From: an uncultured Lachnospiraceae bacterium
GTDB lineage: Bacteria > Bacillota > Clostridia > Lachnospirales > Lachnospiraceae
DNA length: 64,000 nucleotides
Assembly: GCA_910579495.1 (NCBI GenBank)
Contig: CAJTVD010000008.1
Span: forward strand, 7,741 to 71,740
Reading direction: 5' to 3'
Shown here: piece by piece, positions 10,075 to 21,228 of the stretch
Layout: the number at the start of each line of letters is the position of its first letter
Numbering within the stretch: the first letter of the stretch is position 1
Translations under genes and position numbers: made by a program
The notes under the pieces: generated by a model
What the model was told of the DNA's origin: nothing
Database searches by the model: none
What the model saw: only the letters and a program-made list of their open reading frames with translations

Positions 10075-11694
10075 ATGTATACGGTTATTGTAGCGGATGA
10101 TGAGGAAGAACTGCGCAAGGCGCTGATCCGGCGGGTAGATTGGGAGAGCGTGGGATTTTCGGTAGTAGGGGAAGCGGAAAACGGGGCGGAAGCGCTGGAA
10201 CTGGTGGAAAAGCTGGAACCGGATCTTCTGCTGACGGATATCCGTATGCCTTTTATCACAGGCATCGAGCTGGCCAGGCAGGTGCAGGAGATACGCCCGG
10301 CCACCCAGATTGCCTTTTTAAGCGGCTATGACGATTTTTCTTATGCCCAGCAGGGGATACAGTATAATATTATCAGCTATCTGTTAAAACCCATATCTTC
10401 CGCTGAATTGACGGAAGAATTGCTGAAAATGAAAAAGAAGATTGACGAGAAATACGAAAATTTCGCATCCGCCGGAAAAAAGCAGGAAAAGCTGGAGGCC
10501 ATGGAACTGGCAATTCCTTTGTTGCTTGACGGGTTCCAGAGGGACGCGGAAGAGGCGGACGAGGGGGAGCTGGAACAGGCGGCGTTTGCCTGCGGGCTAT
10601 TAAAAGAAGGGGAAAGTGATTTAAAATATACAGTCATTGTTGCCAGCATTATAGATGAAGAGGGAAAAAACCTTACTGCCCGTGCCAGCGTCCATGGAAT
10701 TGACACGATTCTTGAAAAATATATCAGGCATGTAAGCTTTTATTCCGGGGGAAGGGTGGTTTCCCTGCTTATTGCCCCGGAAGCAGACACGGATAAGTAC
10801 CTCCACATTATTGTAGAAGAAATATCCCAGAGCGTCAGGCGGATTATGAAAATGTCCTGCCTGATAGGCGTGGGCCGCAGCGTGGGAAGCCTTTCCCATA
10901 TACATGAGGCATACATTGAGGCCATGAGCGCCATACGCTACTCCAGAAAAAACAAGGAAGAGGTTTATTTTATCTCCGATATTGAGCGGGCGGATGATTT
11001 CGACATGGAAAAGATGCAGGGATATATTGAGGAAGTTGAGCGCATGATCCGCAGCGGCGGAAGCCAGGAGCTGGAAGCCTATTTAAAGCAGATGTTCGAT
11101 TCCGTGGAGCAGGAGCACATTTCTATGATGGAAATTCATTTCCTGATAGTCAGGCTGGTATCAGCGGTGTCACGTATCGTGTATGCGGTGGTGGATGAGG
11201 AGGGTGCGGCGCAGCTTCAGAAGAAGTCTCCCTTACAGAGTGTGGACTCCTTTGAGAATTATGGCGCTGTACGCAGCCGGTGTATTTTTTTCTGCCTTGC
11301 CGCAAGGGAACTGATTGCCGAACAGCGTAAAAAAAGCAGTACCCTTTTGTGCGACAAAGCCCTTGGCATTATTGAAAACAGTTATATGGACCAGGAGCTT
11401 TCCCTGGTATCGGTGAGCAATGAAATTTCGGTGAGCCCCAATTACCTGAGCGCATTGATCAAAAGGTCAACGGGCAGGACATTTATTGACTTATTGACGA
11501 AAAAACGGATAGAAACTGCCAAGGAGCTGCTTCTTTGCACCAACTTGAAGATCAAGGAAATTTCTGAAAAATGCGGTTATAATGACCAGCACTATTTTAG
11601 TTATTGTTTTAAAAAATATGAGGGGTTATCCCCCAATGCCTGCAGGCAGAAGCTGGAAGAGGAAAAGACAAGCAGGGAGCAATGGCATGAGTAA
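10075..11694 (+). CDS. Response regulator, receiver + AraC HTH (YesN-like)
   Basis: VADDE, LLTDIRMP, YLLKP; C-terminal SPNYLS...CGYNDQHYFSYCFKKYEGLSP. Confidence 0.93.
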   Translation: MYTVIVADDEEELRKALIRRVDWESVGFSVVGEAENGAEALELVEKLEPDLLLTDIRMPFITGIELARQVQEIRPATQIAFLSGYDDFSYAQQGIQYNIISYLLKPISSAELTEELLKMKKKIDEKYENFASAGKKQEKLEAMELAIPLLLDGFQRDAEEADEGELEQAAFACGLLKEGESDLKYTVIVASIIDEEGKNLTARASVHGIDTILEKYIRHVSFYSGGRVVSLLIAPEADTDKYLHIIVEEISQSVRRIMKMSCLIGVGRSVGSLSHIHEAYIEAMSAIRYSRKNKEEVYFISDIERADDFDMEKMQGYIEEVERMIRSGGSQELEAYLKQMFDSVEQEHISMMEIHFLIVRLVSAVSRIVYAVVDEEGAAQLQKKSPLQSVDSFENYGAVRSRCIFFCLAARELIAEQRKKSSTLLCDKALGIIENSYMDQELSLVSVSNEISVSPNYLSALIKRSTGRTFIDLLTKKRIETAKELLLCTNLKIKEISEKCGYNDQHYFSYCFKKYEGLSPNACRQKLEEEKTSREQWHE

Positions 11695-13417
11695 GGCAGG
11701 GGGGCAGAAAAAAACAGTGGTCCAAAGGCTTTCCCTTTCGGTGATCATGACGGTGGTAGTAGTAACTGTCGTTTCCTTCGCCTGTTGTGTGGGAATTACC
11801 GCTTACCTGCGGATTTACCGGGCTTCTGTGGAGGGTAATGCCATAACTGGCAGCGAACAGGCAATTAAGCAGGTACACAGTACCCTGGAAAATTATGCCA
11901 AAGATATTGAGGAGATCATGGGGCTGATCCGCTCAAGCATGGGGAAGGAAGAGGGGGAAAAGGATGATTTTTTGAGAAATCTGGTGGAGGTCCGCAAGGA
12001 AGTGGTGATTATCACAGAATATGACAACCATGGGAATCTCACCAACTGCTGGCAGGGGGACAACCGGTTAAAGGAGAAAATCCTGCAAAACCTTTCCTAC
12101 ATGGAAATTCCCAAAGGGGAGGAGGGGCTTTTCTTTTCCAGCCCCCATGTGGAGTCCCTGATTGAAAATTACTATCCCTGGGTGGTGACCATTGCCCAGA
12201 GAATGAAAAACCATCAGAAAGAAGAGGTCTTGGTGTGCATGGATATCCGGTTTTCCAATATTGCCAGTTATGTGGACAATGTGGGGATCGGCCAGCATGG
12301 CTATTGCTTTATCATGGATGGGGCAGGGGGGCTGGTTTACCATCCCCAGCAGCAATTGATCCACGCAGGGCTGAAAAGTGAAAACTGGGAGCTGCTTACA
12401 GGCAGGCCGGACGGGTCTTTTTTGCAGGAAGATGGGATTTACACCATCCAATCCATGGAGAATAACGGCTGGAAAATCGTGGGGGTTAGCTTTGTGGATG
12501 AGATGATTACCAGTAAGCTGGACGGGATGGCGAAAATCATAGGTTTTCTTCTGTTCTCTATGCTCCTGGCCACCTTGCTTGTGGGTATTTTTTCCTCCAA
12601 ATTGGTGTCCAGCCCGGCCAATAAGCTGATGAACGCCATGCAGCAGTTTGAAAAGGATGCGGAGAACTTTACCTTCTGCCAGGTTAACGGCACCAGGGAG
12701 ATTGCCGCTTTGTCAGATTCCTTTGGCCATATGGTGGTGCAGATCCAGAACCTGATGGAGCAGGTGCGCCGGGAAGAGGTCACCCTGCGCAAAACAGAGC
12801 TGAATGCCCTGCAGGCCCAGATCAACCCCCATTTTCTGTACAATACCCTGGATTCCATTGCCTGGATGTGCGAAGAGGGGCGGACAAAGGAGGCGATCAC
12901 CATGGTAAATGCCCTGGCGAGGCTCTTCCGCATCAGCATCAGCCGGGGCCATGAGCTGATCACCATTGAAAAGGAGTGCCAGCATGCGGAAAGCTATCTG
13001 AAAATACAGAAATACCGTTACAAAAACAGGTTTACTTATCAGTTTGATGTGGAGGAAGAGTGCCTGGGATATTTTTGCAACAAAATTACCCTCCAGCCGA
13101 TTATTGAAAATGCCATAAACCACGGGCTGGACATGTGCGATGAAGGAAGGATCTGTATTGGGGTCAGGCGCAGGGGGGAAGATATCCTTATGTATGTGGA
13201 GGACAATGGTGTGGGCATGGAAGAGGACAGGTGCCGGGAAATCCTCCACCGGGAGGCCAGCGACCGGACAGGCATCGGCATTAAAAACGTTAATGACAGG
13301 ATCCGGATTTATTTTGGGGAGAAGTACGGCCTTCACATAGAAAGTGAACTGGATGTGGGGACCAGGGTGGAAATCTGCATTCCCTGCTTGCAGGAGGAAA
13401 TCGGCACAGAGGGATAA
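11687..13417 (+). CDS. Sensor histidine kinase (YesM-like)
   Basis: Cache/HAMP, LQAQINPHFLYNTL, LQPIIENAINHG, DNGVG, GIGIKNV; start set at ATG 11687. Confidence 0.93.
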   Translation: MSKAGGQKKTVVQRLSLSVIMTVVVVTVVSFACCVGITAYLRIYRASVEGNAITGSEQAIKQVHSTLENYAKDIEEIMGLIRSSMGKEEGEKDDFLRNLVEVRKEVVIITEYDNHGNLTNCWQGDNRLKEKILQNLSYMEIPKGEEGLFFSSPHVESLIENYYPWVVTIAQRMKNHQKEEVLVCMDIRFSNIASYVDNVGIGQHGYCFIMDGAGGLVYHPQQQLIHAGLKSENWELLTGRPDGSFLQEDGIYTIQSMENNGWKIVGVSFVDEMITSKLDGMAKIIGFLLFSMLLATLLVGIFSSKLVSSPANKLMNAMQQFEKDAENFTFCQVNGTREIAALSDSFGHMVVQIQNLMEQVRREEVTLRKTELNALQAQINPHFLYNTLDSIAWMCEEGRTKEAITMVNALARLFRISISRGHELITIEKECQHAESYLKIQKYRYKNRFTYQFDVEEECLGYFCNKITLQPIIENAINHGLDMCDEGRICIGVRRRGEDILMYVEDNGVGMEEDRCREILHREASDRTGIGIKNVNDRIRIYFGEKYGLHIESELDVGTRVEICIPCLQEEIGTEG

Positions 13418-13474
13418 CCGTGAAGTTTTCACCCCCTGGGATGTTTGGGGCTGGGAAAAGGAGGGGAGGGAAAT

Positions 13475-14494
13475 ATGAAAACAGGCAACAGGCAGATATG
13501 GCTTTCTCTGGGGGGGATAGGGCTGCTTGCCGGGGGGCTGGTGCTTCTTATATGGATAGCCAGCAGCGGCCCATGGCTGTTTGATTTAGGAAGGGCAAAG
13601 GAAGGGGCGGAAAACCGGAAGCACTATGTGGCAGTGATCGTCAAATCCACCACTTCCTCTTACTGGAAGAGTGTGTTTGCCGGGGCAAATGCGGCAAAAA
13701 CGGAATATAATCTTGACATTACCGTGGAAGGGCCTGAGGACGAGGAAGACTGCCAGGCCCAGAATCAGATGATCGACAGGGCGGTGGAACAGGGGGCGGA
13801 TGTCATCCTGCTCTCTGCGGTAGATTTCCAGGAAAATGCCCAGGCGGTGGAGCGTGCGGTGCTGGCGGGGGTGAAGGTGGTAGTGATCGACAGCGATGTG
13901 GACAGTGACAAGGTGAGCTGCCGGATCAGCACAGACAATTACCAGGCAGGGCGCATGGTGGGGGAAACCGTGCTGGACACTGACAGCCAGGCTATTTATG
14001 TGGGGATCGTGAATTTTGACCAGGTTTCCGCCAACGGGCAGCAGCGGGAGGCAGGCTTCCGGGATGCAGTGGCGGGAGATGGGAGGGTGGCCATTGTAGC
14101 TGCAGTGAATGTGAATTCCAATGTGGAAAGTGCCAAGGAGGCCACCAGGGAAATGCTGGCGGCGCATCCGCAGATGAATGTAGTCGTCACCTTTAACGAG
14201 TGGACCAGCCTGGGAGTGGGGTATGCCATCAAGGAGCTGGGGCTGGCGGAGGAAACCAAAGTGATCGCTTTTGACAGCAATGTAGTTTCCGTAGGGATGC
14301 TGGAAACCGGGGAAGTGGATGCCCTGATCGTGCAGAACCCCTATGCCATGGGTTATCTGGGGATTGAGTGTGCCTACCGCCTGATAAACGACGGCCAGAT
14401 GGACCAGCAGGTGATTGATACCACCACGACGGTGGTGACCCGGGAAAATATGTTCAGCGAAGAGTGCCAGAGAATCTTATTTGCCTTTGACTGA
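13475..14494 (+). CDS. Sugar-binding protein (RbsB-like), probable accessory sensor of the TCS
   Basis: N-terminal TM, STDNYQAG, IVQNPYAMGY; follows the kinase. Confidence 0.85.
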   Translation: MKTGNRQIWLSLGGIGLLAGGLVLLIWIASSGPWLFDLGRAKEGAENRKHYVAVIVKSTTSSYWKSVFAGANAAKTEYNLDITVEGPEDEEDCQAQNQMIDRAVEQGADVILLSAVDFQENAQAVERAVLAGVKVVVIDSDVDSDKVSCRISTDNYQAGRMVGETVLDTDSQAIYVGIVNFDQVSANGQQREAGFRDAVAGDGRVAIVAAVNVNSNVESAKEATREMLAAHPQMNVVVTFNEWTSLGVGYAIKELGLAEETKVIAFDSNVVSVGMLETGEVDALIVQNPYAMGYLGIECAYRLINDGQMDQQVIDTTTTVVTRENMFSEECQRILFAFD

Positions 14495-14538
14495 ATGGGC
14501 CTTACAGGCAGAATATGCCGGAATTAGACATAATGAAT

Positions 14539-14576
14539 AATTTTTGTACAATTATGGAAGAATTTTTGTGCAGTTA
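14539..14576 (+). promoter_or_regulatory. Direct repeat, candidate response-regulator binding site
   Basis: AATTTTTGTACAATTA (14539) and AATTTTTGTGCAGTTA (14561), 22-bp period, upstream of mglB. Confidence 0.5.
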
Positions 14577-14708
14577 GAGTAAATATTTATACCTTTTGCG
14601 TAATTATTTGCATAGGAATTAAAAAATCAGAGTGATATACTCCTGTTGTAAGGTGATTGCATGTCCATTCAGATGTGCAATGGCATTTTTCAAAAGGAGG
14701 ATTGAAAT

Positions 14709-15953
14709 ATGAAAAAGAAAGTTTTGGCTGCATTATTATGTGCGGCAATGACAGTGGGCGTGATTACCGGCTGCGGCGGTAAGGCAGATACGCCTGCGGC
14801 ATCAGACGCAGCGGCCGGGGACAACAAGGAAGCGGCATCTGACGGTGCAGAGGCTCCCAAGCAGGAGGACACAGAGAAAGAGGCTGAGAAGGAAGCTGAA
14901 AATGTAGCTGATGCAGCCCAGGAAGCAGTAGGGGATTTATCAGATGCAAACATCGCTGTATTCTACTATACTTATTCTGATACCTATATCGCATCCGTAA
15001 GGACAGCGTTAGACGCACAGTTAGATTCCCTGGGAGTTACCTACCAGGACTATGACTCCAACAGCAACCAGACCACACAGAACGAGCAGATCGACACAGC
15101 TATCCAGACTGGGGCAAACCTTCTGATCGTTAACATCGTAACTTCCGGTTCCGTAGATGCTTCCCAGACAATCGTGGACAAGGCATCTGCAGCAGGGATC
15201 CCTGTAATCTTCTTCAACCGTGCAGTAGAAGGGGACGAAGATGAAGGCAAAGTACTTGGAAGCTATGACAAATGTGCCTTTGTAGGAACCGATGCTCCCG
15301 AAGCAGGGCATATGCAGGGCCAGATGATCGGTGACTATGTAGTAGAGAATTTTGATACCATAGATTTAAATGGCGACGGTAAGATCACCTACGCAATGTT
15401 CATGGGACAGCTTGGGAATGTGGAAGCAATCTACCGTACACAGTATGCAGTAGAGGATGCAAACAAGGTTCTTGAAGCAGCAGGCAAGCCTGCCCTGGAA
15501 TACTTTGATTCTTCCAACAGCGACTGCTATCAGGTTGACCAGGATGGCAACTGGAGCGCAGTTGCAGCCAATACTTATATGACCACCAACCTTTCCCAGT
15601 ACAACGAAGGCAATGGCAACATGATCGAGCTGATCATCTGCAACAACGACGGTATGGCGGAAGGCGCAATCTCCGCACTCAATGACAAGGGATACAACTT
15701 AGGCGACGGCACCAGCACGACCATCCCTGTATTCGGTGTTGATGCAACAGATGCTGCAAAACAGTTGATCGCAGACGGCAAGATGACAGGAACCATTAAG
15801 CAGGATGCAGAAGGTATGGCAAGCGGTATCGCATTCCTTGCACAGAATGCGGCATCAGGCAAAGAGCTGATGGACGGAACAGATTCCTACAATATTTCCC
15901 CTAATGTTGCAAACAAGATTTACATCCCTTATGCAGCATATACAGGAGAATAA
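14709..15953 (+). CDS. mglB: Galactose/methylgalactoside ABC substrate-binding lipoprotein
   Basis: Lipobox ITGC, IPVIFFNR, DLNGDGKI Ca loop, CNNDGMAEGA, PVFGVDA. Confidence 0.88.
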   Translation: MKKKVLAALLCAAMTVGVITGCGGKADTPAASDAAAGDNKEAASDGAEAPKQEDTEKEAEKEAENVADAAQEAVGDLSDANIAVFYYTYSDTYIASVRTALDAQLDSLGVTYQDYDSNSNQTTQNEQIDTAIQTGANLLIVNIVTSGSVDASQTIVDKASAAGIPVIFFNRAVEGDEDEGKVLGSYDKCAFVGTDAPEAGHMQGQMIGDYVVENFDTIDLNGDGKITYAMFMGQLGNVEAIYRTQYAVEDANKVLEAAGKPALEYFDSSNSDCYQVDQDGNWSAVAANTYMTTNLSQYNEGNGNMIELIICNNDGMAEGAISALNDKGYNLGDGTSTTIPVFGVDATDAAKQLIADGKMTGTIKQDAEGMASGIAFLAQNAASGKELMDGTDSYNISPNVANKIYIPYAAYTGE

Positions 15954-16001
15954 TTCACACTGGCAATTGGATAAGTAAACCCTTTTGCAACTTTTAGAAC
16001 C

Positions 16002-16038
16002 AAAGGGCGGCTGCTGGGGTATAGCGGCCGCTTTTTTT
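16002..16038 (+). terminator. Terminator/attenuating hairpin after mglB
   Basis: GCGGCTGCT-loop-AGCGGCCGC followed by T7. Confidence 0.75.
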
Positions 16039-16114
16039 ACAATAAGCCGGCTCGCGGAGCGTGACGGCGTTTGTTTAACATAAGGGCAGTTTGCGGAGCG
16101 TGCTGCCCGTTGTT
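16039..16114 (+). repeat. REP-like repeat copy 2 plus a stem-variant copy
   Basis: ACAATAAGCCGGCTCGCGGAGCGTGACGGCGTTTGTT (16039-16075) then AACATAAGGGCAGTTTGCGGAGCGTGCTGCCCGTTGTT (16077-16114). Confidence 0.8.
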
Positions 16115-16222
16115 ACATAAAAATTACCGGCAAGGGACAGCGTTTGTTTCTATAAGCTGGCCTGCGTCTGCTGGTAACTAGGGGTGTGCAAAAAGACGGT
16201 AATGAATGAGGGAGGGCGGAGT

Positions 16223-17722
16223 ATGGCGCATGATGTCCTATTGCAAATGACAGACATCTGTAAAGAATTTCCCGGCGTGAAAGCGCTGGATCATGTTTCC
16301 CTGACGGTAAAAAGCGGCACTGTCCACGCACTGATGGGCGAGAACGGGGCCGGGAAATCCACCCTGATGAAGTGTCTGTTCGGCATGTACAATAAAGACA
16401 AAGGGCAGATCATCTTAGAAGGGAAGGAAGTAAACTTTAAAAATTCTAAGGAAGCATTGGAAAATGGTGTGGCAATGGTGCACCAGGAATTAAACCAGGC
16501 ACTGAAGCGGAACGTAATGGATAATATCTGGCTGGGGCGGTATCCGAAGATTGCAGGGGTCATGGTAGATGAAAAGAGGATTTACCATGATACCCAGGAG
16601 GTATTTAAGGAGCTGGAGATCGAGGTCGATCCCAAAAGAATTATGAGTACCATGCCTGTCTCCCAGCGGCAGATGGTGGAGATCGCAAAGGCAGTTTCCT
16701 ATCATTCCAAGGTGATCGTATTTGATGAGCCCACCTCTTCCCTGACAGAGGAAGAGGTAGAGCATCTGTTTAAGATCATAAACATGTTAAGGGACAGGGG
16801 CTGCGGCATTATTTATATTTCCCATAAGATGGCGGAAATCTTAAGGATCGCCGATGAAGTGACGGTCATGAGGGATGGGACTTATGTGGCGACCAAGCCC
16901 TCAGCAGAGCTTACCATGGAAGAGATCATCCGCCTGATGGTAGGCAGGGAGCTGAACAACCAGTTCCCGCCCAAGACCAACAAACCGGGGGAGGTGGCCC
17001 TGGAGGTGGAAAACCTTACCGCCCAGTATTCCCTTTTGAAGGATGTGTCCTTCAAGGTGAGAAAAGGAGAGGTGGTGGGGCTTGCGGGCCTTGACGGGAG
17101 CGGCAGGACGGAATGCCTGGAAAATATCTTCGGAGTGGCCACCAGAAAGTCAGGCACCATCAAGCTTGACGGGAAGGTAGTGCGGAACCGGAATTCCAGG
17201 GAATCCATCAAAAACGGTTTTGCCCTTTTAACGGAAGAGCGCAGGGCGACCGGCATATTCAGCATTTTAAATATTCGTGAAAATACGGTGATCTCCAGCC
17301 TGAAAAGGCACTTAAGGCATCACCTTTATCTCAGTGATAAAACTATGAAAGAGGATACCCAGTGGTCTATTGACGCCATGCATACCAAAACGCCTACCCA
17401 GGAGACGAAGATCCGTTCCCTTTCAGGCGGAAACCAGCAGAAAGTGATCCTGGGAAGGTGGCTCCTTACGGAGCCGGAGGTACTGCTTTTGGATGAACCT
17501 ACAAGGGGGATCGACGTGGGGGCCAAGTATGAGATCTACCAGTTGATCCTTGACCTGGTAAACAAAGGAAAAGTGGTAATTATGGTATCCTCCGAAATGC
17601 CGGAGCTTCTGGGCGTCTGCGACAGGATCCTGGTAATGTCCGGCGGGCGGCTTGCAGGCGAGGTGGATGCGAAAAAGACAACGCAGGAGGAAATTATGAC
17701 TCTTGCTGCCAAATATGTATAA
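16223..17722 (+). CDS. mglA: Galactose ABC transporter ATP-binding protein
   Basis: GENGAGKST, two ABC domains, [21 protein letters not shown]; start ATG 16223. Confidence 0.92.
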   Translation: MAHDVLLQMTDICKEFPGVKALDHVSLTVKSGTVHALMGENGAGKSTLMKCLFGMYNKDKGQIILEGKEVNFKNSKEALENGVAMVHQELNQALKRNVMDNIWLGRYPKIAGVMVDEKRIYHDTQEVFKELEIEVDPKRIMSTMPVSQRQMVEIAKAVSYHSKVIVFDEPTSSLTEEEVEHLFKIINMLRDRGCGIIYISHKMAEILRIADEVTVMRDGTYVATKPSAELTMEEIIRLMVGRELNNQFPPKTNKPGEVALEVENLTAQYSLLKDVSFKVRKGEVVGLAGLDGSGRTECLENIFGVATRKSGTIKLDGKVVRNRNSRESIKNGFALLTEERRATGIFSILNIRENTVISSLKRHLRHHLYLSDKTMKEDTQWSIDAMHTKTPTQETKIRSLSGGNQQKVILGRWLLTEPEVLLLDEPTRGIDVGAKYEIYQLILDLVNKGKVVIMVSSEMPELLGVCDRILVMSGGRLAGEVDAKKTTQEEIMTLAAKYV

Positions 17723-17740
17723 AGGAGGCTTAGAGCATAA

Positions 17741-18811
17741 ATGAAAGCGATTTCCAATATCAAAAAGCGTTATGAAAATTATCAGGGCCTGGATGCTGCC
17801 GATAAGAAAATGTTCTGGAAAGAAGCGCTGGTAAATAACGCCATGTATATCATGATGATTATTGCGGTAATTTACACCTACACCCAGAATAACCGTTTCC
17901 TTACGGTAGGTTCCATTGTAAATATCCTTTCCCTTTCAGCGGCCTACATTCCCATTGCCTGTGGTATCGCGGGATGTATTGTACTCACAGGTACCGACCT
18001 TTCCGCCGGACGTGTGGTTGGCCTTACTGCCTGTATTTCAGCTTCCCTCCTGCAGTCTGTGGATTATGGTACGAAAATGTTCCCCAACCTGCCGGTAATG
18101 CCTATTTTATTGGTGATCATAATTGCCATCGCGGTAGGCGGGCTTGTGGGATGGGTGAATGGGTTTTTCGTTGCAAAGTTTCAGCTCCACCCGTTTATTG
18201 TGACCTTGGCCACCCAGCTGATCGTAAACGGGACCCTGCTGATCTATATTATGATCAACGGGAACAACGGGCAGCCCCTTTCAGGGCTTGATAAATCCTT
18301 TAAGGATTTCGTTACAGGCAGCCATTTGACCCTTTTTGGCACGCCCATTCCCAATTATGTATGGTATGCCTGCGTGATCGTTGCCATCATGTGGTTTATC
18401 TGGAATAAGACCACTTTCGGCAAGAACATGTTTGCGGTAGGTTCCAATCCGGAAGCGGCGAACGTATCCGGCGTTAACGTTATGAAAACCACCATTTTGG
18501 TACATACCCTTGCAGGCGCTATGTATGGTATCACAGGCTTTATTGAGTCTGCCCGTATCGGTTCCAATACAGCTACCACAGGGGCGAACTATGAAAGTGA
18601 TGCCATTGCTGCCTGCGTGATCGGCGGCGTATCCTTTGTAGGCGGTACCGGAAAGATCAGCGGCGTTGTAACGGGCGTGTTCCTTCTGCGGATCATTTTC
18701 GTTGCATTGCAGTTCCTGTCTATCAACCAGAACTGGCAGTATATTATTAAAGGTGTGATCATACTGGTTGCCTGTGCGATTGATATGAGAAAGTATCTGG
18801 TCCGTAAATAA
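17741..18811 (+). CDS. mglC: Galactose ABC transporter permease
   Basis: GTDLSAGR, HPFIVTLA, FAVGSNPEAA, YESDAIAACVIGG. Confidence 0.9.
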   Translation: MKAISNIKKRYENYQGLDAADKKMFWKEALVNNAMYIMMIIAVIYTYTQNNRFLTVGSIVNILSLSAAYIPIACGIAGCIVLTGTDLSAGRVVGLTACISASLLQSVDYGTKMFPNLPVMPILLVIIIAIAVGGLVGWVNGFFVAKFQLHPFIVTLATQLIVNGTLLIYIMINGNNGQPLSGLDKSFKDFVTGSHLTLFGTPIPNYVWYACVIVAIMWFIWNKTTFGKNMFAVGSNPEAANVSGVNVMKTTILVHTLAGAMYGITGFIESARIGSNTATTGANYESDAIAACVIGGVSFVGGTGKISGVVTGVFLLRIIFVALQFLSINQNWQYIIKGVIILVACAIDMRKYLVRK

Positions 18812-19109
18812 ACCAGGGTGCATCCGGGTTCACAAAATATTCATTTTATGTTCGTTGCACGTTCGGAGAAATTTGGGTATAGTGGATAAGGAATTTAAAT
18901 CATATTCTTTACATACTATATGAATTCTGCGCCTGTTCTTGCAGGACGCCGGAATCAAAGCGACGAGGCGATGAAAATTGTGGGAGGGCGAAGGCCCTCC
19001 CGTTTTTATGCGCAGGGGCCTTGCCTTTGGGGGCGCAGAAGGAGATCAGTTGGGGGAGATTTTTGCCAATGCCTATATCCGCGGGTGGTTGGCAGCAGGG
19101 AGGATTATT

Positions 19110-20456
19110 ATGAATAAGGATCTTACAGTGGGAAAGCCGGAGACTGTCCTGTGGAAGTTTTGCCTGCCATTATTTGGCAGCATCATCTTTCAGCAGCTAT
19201 ATAACATTGCAGACAGTTTGGTGGCGGGAAAAATCGTAGGGGAAAACGCATTGGCAGCAGTGGGAAACAGCTATGAGATCACCCTGATATTTATCGCTTT
19301 TGCCGTGGGGTGTAATATCGGGTGTTCGGTGATCGTTGCCCAGCTTTTCGGGGCGAAGAAATACATAGATATGAAGACTGCCGTCTATACTACTGCCATA
19401 GCCAGCGGGGCATTGTGCGTGGCCTTGATGCTGTTTGGCATTTTGTGCAGCGGCGGCCTGCTTGGGCTGATCCACACGCCGGAGGAGATTTTTGCGGATT
19501 CGGAGCTGTATCTGGATATTTATATCTGGGGCCTGCCCTTTTTGTTTTTCTACAATATTTCCACGGGAATCTTTTCTGCCCTTGGGGATTCAAAAACGCC
19601 TTTTATTTTTCTTGCCCTATCCTCCCTTGCCAATATCGGGGTGGATATTTTGTTTGTCTCCACTTTCCACATGGGAGTGGCAGGGGTGGCATGGGCGACC
19701 TTTCTCTGCCAGGGGGTAAGCTGCCTTCTGTCCCTTTGGGTGGTTGCCAGAAAGTTAAGGGGGATAGAAACAAAAGGGGATATTACCAAGTTTTCCTTTT
19801 CCATGCTGAAAAAGCTCAGCGCCATTGCAGTTCCCAGTATTTTGCAGCAGAGTTTTGTATCTGTGGGGAATATTATGATACAGGGGGTAGTCAACAGCTT
19901 TGGGCCGGGAGTGATTGCAGGTTATTCGGCGGCTGTGAAGCTGAACAATCTGGTGATCACCTCCTTTTCCACCCTGGGAAACGGAATTTCCAATTTTACC
20001 GCCCAGAATATAGGGGCAGGTATGCTGCCCAGGATCCGGGAGGGGTTCAAGGCGGGGATAAAGATGGTGTGGCTTTTGTGCCTGCCGCTGGTCGTTCTTT
20101 ACCTGGTGGCTGGCGGATGGCTGGTGGGGCTGTTTATGAATGAGCCTTCGGGGAGCGCCCTTTCAGCGGGGATGCAGTTTTTAAGGATCGTATCGCCCTT
20201 TTATTTCCTGATATCCGTGAAGCTTGCCGCCGACGGTATTCTCAGGGGGGCAGGGATGATGAAAATGTTTATGGCCGGGACTTTTTCAGATTTGATCCTG
20301 CGGGTGGTCCTGTCCAGGGTATTTTCAGGCTGGCTGGGAGTTACGGGTATTTGGTGCGCATGGCCTGTGGGCTGGGCAATCGGGATGCTTTTGTCGGTGG
20401 CCTTTTACGCAAAGGGACCCTGGATGGAAAAGAGGGGAAGGGAAAAACAGCCATAG
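19110..20456 (+). CDS. MATE family efflux transporter
   Basis: MNKDLTVGKP...FQQLYNIADSLVAG, GDSKTP, multiple TMs; RBS GGGAGG before ATG 19110. Confidence 0.92.
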   Translation: MNKDLTVGKPETVLWKFCLPLFGSIIFQQLYNIADSLVAGKIVGENALAAVGNSYEITLIFIAFAVGCNIGCSVIVAQLFGAKKYIDMKTAVYTTAIASGALCVALMLFGILCSGGLLGLIHTPEEIFADSELYLDIYIWGLPFLFFYNISTGIFSALGDSKTPFIFLALSSLANIGVDILFVSTFHMGVAGVAWATFLCQGVSCLLSLWVVARKLRGIETKGDITKFSFSMLKKLSAIAVPSILQQSFVSVGNIMIQGVVNSFGPGVIAGYSAAVKLNNLVITSFSTLGNGISNFTAQNIGAGMLPRIREGFKAGIKMVWLLCLPLVVLYLVAGGWLVGLFMNEPSGSALSAGMQFLRIVSPFYFLISVKLAADGILRGAGMMKMFMAGTFSDLILRVVLSRVFSGWLGVTGIWCAWPVGWAIGMLLSVAFYAKGPWMEKRGREKQP

Positions 20457-20469
20457 AAGGGAGAGGGAA

Positions 20470-21153
20470 ATGGAGTTTTTGCAGTGGTTATTTTACCATG
20501 TCAGCCTTGCTGATATCTTCCGGGCATTATCTTTCGTAGGGCTGGGGATTTATGTAATAAGGCGCTTTATTCTGTGCAGGTCCCCGGTACCATCCAGCGC
20601 TTTCAAAAAGGTTCCCAGGGAACTTTTGCAGCAGTGCATCGCCCTGCTTGAGAAGAAGGAAAAGAGGGTGTATGGGACTTACCAGGTGCCGGAGGAAATT
20701 CTTATGCGGCTGAAGATGAACCTGAGGGATGAGGCAGTCCTGAGGCAGCTTTTAGACAGCGTCTGCGCCCACCTTGGCATCAACGGGGAGCATATCAAGC
20801 TGATTTTGGAGGATGCGCCCATGGGGGACCGGGCAGGGGAGATCTCTGCCAGCCTTGCATTTACTAGTATCCGGCTGATCATGAAGCCGTACTATACAGT
20901 GGATGCGGTGATCGCTGTGGTGGCCCATGAGGTGATCCACCTGCATATGTACTTTGAGGGCATTTACTTAAAGGACAGATGGGAAAATGAGATCCTCACG
21001 GATACGGCGGCGGTATACTGCGGTTTTGGGGAATATATTTACCGTGGATATGCCGTTATGCGGGGAGAGTTTGCCTTCTCTTATCAAAAGGTGGGCTATA
21101 TCAGCCAGGAGGATGTAAGGTATCTACAGGAGCTAATGGAGAAAGGGGATTGA
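20470..21153 (+). CDS. Membrane-anchored putative zinc metallopeptidase-like protein
   Basis: N-terminal TM; AHEVIHLH followed by ENEILTD. Confidence 0.6.
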   Translation: MEFLQWLFYHVSLADIFRALSFVGLGIYVIRRFILCRSPVPSSAFKKVPRELLQQCIALLEKKEKRVYGTYQVPEEILMRLKMNLRDEAVLRQLLDSVCAHLGINGEHIKLILEDAPMGDRAGEISASLAFTSIRLIMKPYYTVDAVIAVVAHEVIHLHMYFEGIYLKDRWENEILTDTAAVYCGFGEYIYRGYAVMRGEFAFSYQKVGYISQEDVRYLQELMEKGD

Positions 21154-21228
21154 CAGGGGGCGTTTTTTGCCTTACGCTCTTGCTGTATAGTTTTACTGGA
21201 AAATGCTAATAGTAATGGAAATAGTAAT

